The notes under the pieces: generated by a model
What the model was told of the DNA's origin: nothing
The model's input: the letters and a program-made list of their open reading frames with translations, nothing else
Databases searched by the model: none
Position numbers and translations under genes: made by a program
In this document: positions 15,448 through 17,604 of the stretch, piece by piece
How the letters are laid out: each line of letters starts with the position of its first letter
How positions within the stretch are numbered: position 1 is the stretch's first letter
NCBI GenBank assembly: GCA_040256005.1
Contig: JBDZWC010000058.1
Location: 1-17,604, forward strand
Length of the DNA: 17,604 bases
Direction of reading: 5' to 3'
Origin: Deinococcaceae bacterium
GTDB lineage: Bacteria > Deinococcota > Deinococci > Deinococcales > Trueperaceae

Positions 15448-16818
15448 GTGACGACCGCAGCGCGCCGAGAGACAGCCCAGGTGCAGGTGGCAGACGCGCG
15501 AGGCCACGTCAGACAGGTGGAGGTCGCTCGAAGGTGGGCGCCACTGGCAGCCAGCTGGCTCGTCATGGGGCTCGAGATGCCGGTGGTCAGCGCGGTGATG
15601 GCGCGGCTCGCGAACCCCGAGGTCAACCTGGCGGCCTACGGCGGGGTCGTTATGCCTTTGGCGCTGCTCATCGAGGCGCCGATCATGATGCTGCTCACGG
15701 CGAGCACGGCCCTCGCGAAGGACACCGCCTCCTACCGGCTCATGTACAGGTTCATGATGGCGGCCGGACTGGCGCTGACCGTCCTGCATGCGGCCCTCGC
15801 GTTCACACCCCTGTACGACCTGGTCGTCGTGCCCCTCCTCGGCCCACCGGAGGTGGTGCGCGAGCCGGCGCAACTGGGCCTCGCGCTGATGCTGCCCTGG
15901 ACGTGGGCCATCGCTTACCGTCGCTACCACCAGGGCCTCCTGATCCGCTTCGATCGCTCGCAGCACGTCAGCATCGGCACGGTCGTGCGGCTCGTCGTGT
16001 TGTGCCTCACCCTGCTGGTGATGGCGCTGCTCGGAGCGAGCGGCATCGCCGCCGGCGGTCTGGCGATCGCGATGGCCGTCACCGCCGAGGCCGTGTACAG
16101 CGGCGTCGTGACCCGCCCCATCGTGAGGGGGCGCCTGGCCCGGGCGGAGCCGGTCGAGCCTCCCCTCAGGTTCACGGTGTTCTGGGCCTTCTACGCACCG
16201 CTGGCGCTGACCTCGTTCGTGTCCCTGGTGGTGCAGCCGCTGGGCAGCGCCGCCATCGCCCGCATGCCGGAGGCGCTCGAGTCGCTGGCTGCCTGGCCGG
16301 TGGTGAGCGGTCTGTTGTTCATGTTCCGCTCACTGGGCTTCGCCTTCAACGAGGTGGTAGTGGCGCTCCTCGACCGACCGAGGGCGTTGGCCGGGTTACG
16401 GCGCTTCACGTTGACCCTCGGCGGCGCGGTGCTAGCCGCCACGCTGCTCGTGGCGTTCACCCCGCTCTCGCGGCTCTGGTTCTCGGTCGTGTCCGGCCTC
16501 GACCCTGACCTCTCGCGCCTGGCAACGCTCGGCTTCGCTGCCGCGCTGCTGTGGCCGTGTCTCGACGTCCTGCGGAACCTGCTCCAGGGCGTGATCGTGC
16601 ACTCGGGCCGCACGTTCAGCATCAGCGAGTCGATGTTCGTGTTCCTGGGCGTCGCCGCGGCCTTACTGCTGTTGGGCACGTCGTGGCGAGCCTTCCCCGC
16701 CCTGCCTTACGCGATGGTGTCGTTCGTGATCGCCACGGCTGCTCAGGTTGGCTGGCTGTTCTGGCGGAGCCGCCCTGCCGTCAGCCGGCTGGCGCAGGAT
16801 GACCGCGCTAGCGCGTAG
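15448..16818 (+). CDS. MOP-superfamily membrane transporter, ANKH/MATE-like
   Basis: About 12 TM segments in two repeated halves (WAPLAASW..ARL..E.NLAAYG..LAFTPL..YHQGLLIR versus FYAPLALTS..ARMPEALESLAAWP..VAFTPL..LLQGVIVH). Confidence 0.72.
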   Translation: MTTAARRETAQVQVADARGHVRQVEVARRWAPLAASWLVMGLEMPVVSAVMARLANPEVNLAAYGGVVMPLALLIEAPIMMLLTASTALAKDTASYRLMYRFMMAAGLALTVLHAALAFTPLYDLVVVPLLGPPEVVREPAQLGLALMLPWTWAIAYRRYHQGLLIRFDRSQHVSIGTVVRLVVLCLTLLVMALLGASGIAAGGLAIAMAVTAEAVYSGVVTRPIVRGRLARAEPVEPPLRFTVFWAFYAPLALTSFVSLVVQPLGSAAIARMPEALESLAAWPVVSGLLFMFRSLGFAFNEVVVALLDRPRALAGLRRFTLTLGGAVLAATLLVAFTPLSRLWFSVVSGLDPDLSRLATLGFAAALLWPCLDVLRNLLQGVIVHSGRTFSISESMFVFLGVAAALLLLGTSWRAFPALPYAMVSFVIATAAQVGWLFWRSRPAVSRLAQDDRASA

Positions 16819-16830
16819 AAGCGGGCGGCC

Positions 16831-16860
16831 ACCCACGGCGCGCTCGCCATGAGCGTGGGT
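16831..16860. terminator. Possible hairpin between convergent genes
   Basis: ACCCAC/GTGGGT outer stem and GCTC/GAGC inner stem with a bulge; no U-tract. Confidence 0.35.
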
Positions 16861-16875
16861 CAGCCAGACACCGCG

Positions 16876-17604
16876 CTAGACGGCGAACCAGAGGGTCCGC
16901 GGGTCGAGGCCCTCGGGCGCGCCGTCCGCGGATGGCGCTGACACCGACCCTGCCAGCCCCTCAGCCAGCCGTCGCGCCTCCGCCAGGTAGGCGGCGAAGT
17001 CCTCGGCGGCTGACCGCGTTGAACGGTCCACAGGCTGCCAGGACTCGGGGTCGAACCGGGCGTGCGCCTCCTCCGGCTCGCTGACGTGACGCCAACTGCC
17101 GGTGCGCCAGTCGAAGCGGTACTGGCTCACGAACCTGTGGCCGAACTGGGCGATGAACTCGATGGCGGCGAGCAGGAACTCGAACTCCTCGTCGGTGAGC
17201 AGGTAGTGGAAGCTGAGCCGCGCCCAGCCGGGCTTGACACCCTCGTACCCGGCCTCGATGGCTCGCAGGAAGCACAGCGACGTCTCGTCGTCGATGTCGA
17301 GTAGCGCGTGTCCGTACGGTCCAGCACAGGAACACCCGGCACGGCCCTGAATGCCGAAGAGGTCGGAGAGCAGCCGCACTACCAGCTTGGCGTGGAGCTG
17401 CCTGCCCCCTGACTCCACCAGGAACGACGCGACAGCCAATCGCGGCGCCGTCAGGTTGCCGAGCATGGTGACACCCGGTACGCGCGCCAGCCTGTCCAGG
17501 GCGCTGGCCACCAGCTCCTTCTCGCGCCGCTCGATGGTCTCGATGCCCACGCGCTCCTTCACCCTGAACGCCATCGCCGCGCGGAGCTTCTGGACGATGG
17601 CCGG
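16876..17604 (-). CDS. Aminotransferase class V PLP-dependent enzyme (cysteine desulfurase-like), 5'-truncated by the window edge
   Basis: Frame is open to the window end (PAIVQKLRAAMAF); LLSDLFGIQGRAGCSCAGPYGH and KPGWARLSFHY are C-terminal motifs of a SufS-like subfamily. Confidence 0.85.
   Translation of the reverse strand, partial: PAIVQKLRAAMAFRVKERVGIETIERREKELVASALDRLARVPGVTMLGNLTAPRLAVASFLVESGGRQLHAKLVVRLLSDLFGIQGRAGCSCAGPYGHALLDIDDETSLCFLRAIEAGYEGVKPGWARLSFHYLLTDEEFEFLLAAIEFIAQFGHRFVSQYRFDWRTGSWRHVSEPEEAHARFDPESWQPVDRSTRSAAEDFAAYLAEARRLAEGLAGSVSAPSADGAPEGLDPRTLWFAV

Overview
High-GC bacterial genomic window with 22 supportable protein-coding genes (the last one truncated by the window edge). 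I found no rRNA, tRNA, CRISPR array, transposase or integrase. Left to right: TerC/Alx membrane protein; membrane-anchored SxxK serine hydrolase; a minus-strand run of DinB, YdeI/OmpD-associated, PNPOx-like general stress protein and O-methyltransferase genes; an ArsR-SRPBCC operon; a MarR divergon (MarR-DHFR-like-DinB versus LLM monooxygenase plus NADPH-dependent F420-reductase-like protein); a TetR-ABC ATPase-permease efflux operon resembling mycobacterial Rv1219c(RaaS)-Rv1218c-Rv1217c; a secreted acidic metallo-beta-lactamase-fold hydrolase; a hipBA-type toxin-antitoxin module; a short-type AMP nucleosidase divergent from an ANKH/MATE-like transporter; and the C-terminal part of a class V PLP enzyme. 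All four regulators have a readable palindromic operator overlapping a near-consensus sigma70 promoter. Best leads: the AMP nucleosidase/ANKH-like exporter pair, the triple 27-bp-periodic hipBA operator, the interlocked MarR promoters with a structured LLM leader, and the RaaS-like operator over the TetR start codon. Leaderless-style -10 boxes, two DinB genes and an acidic exported protein hint at Deinococcota (Trueperaceae-like), which is inference only. Family calls come from motif recognition, not database searches.
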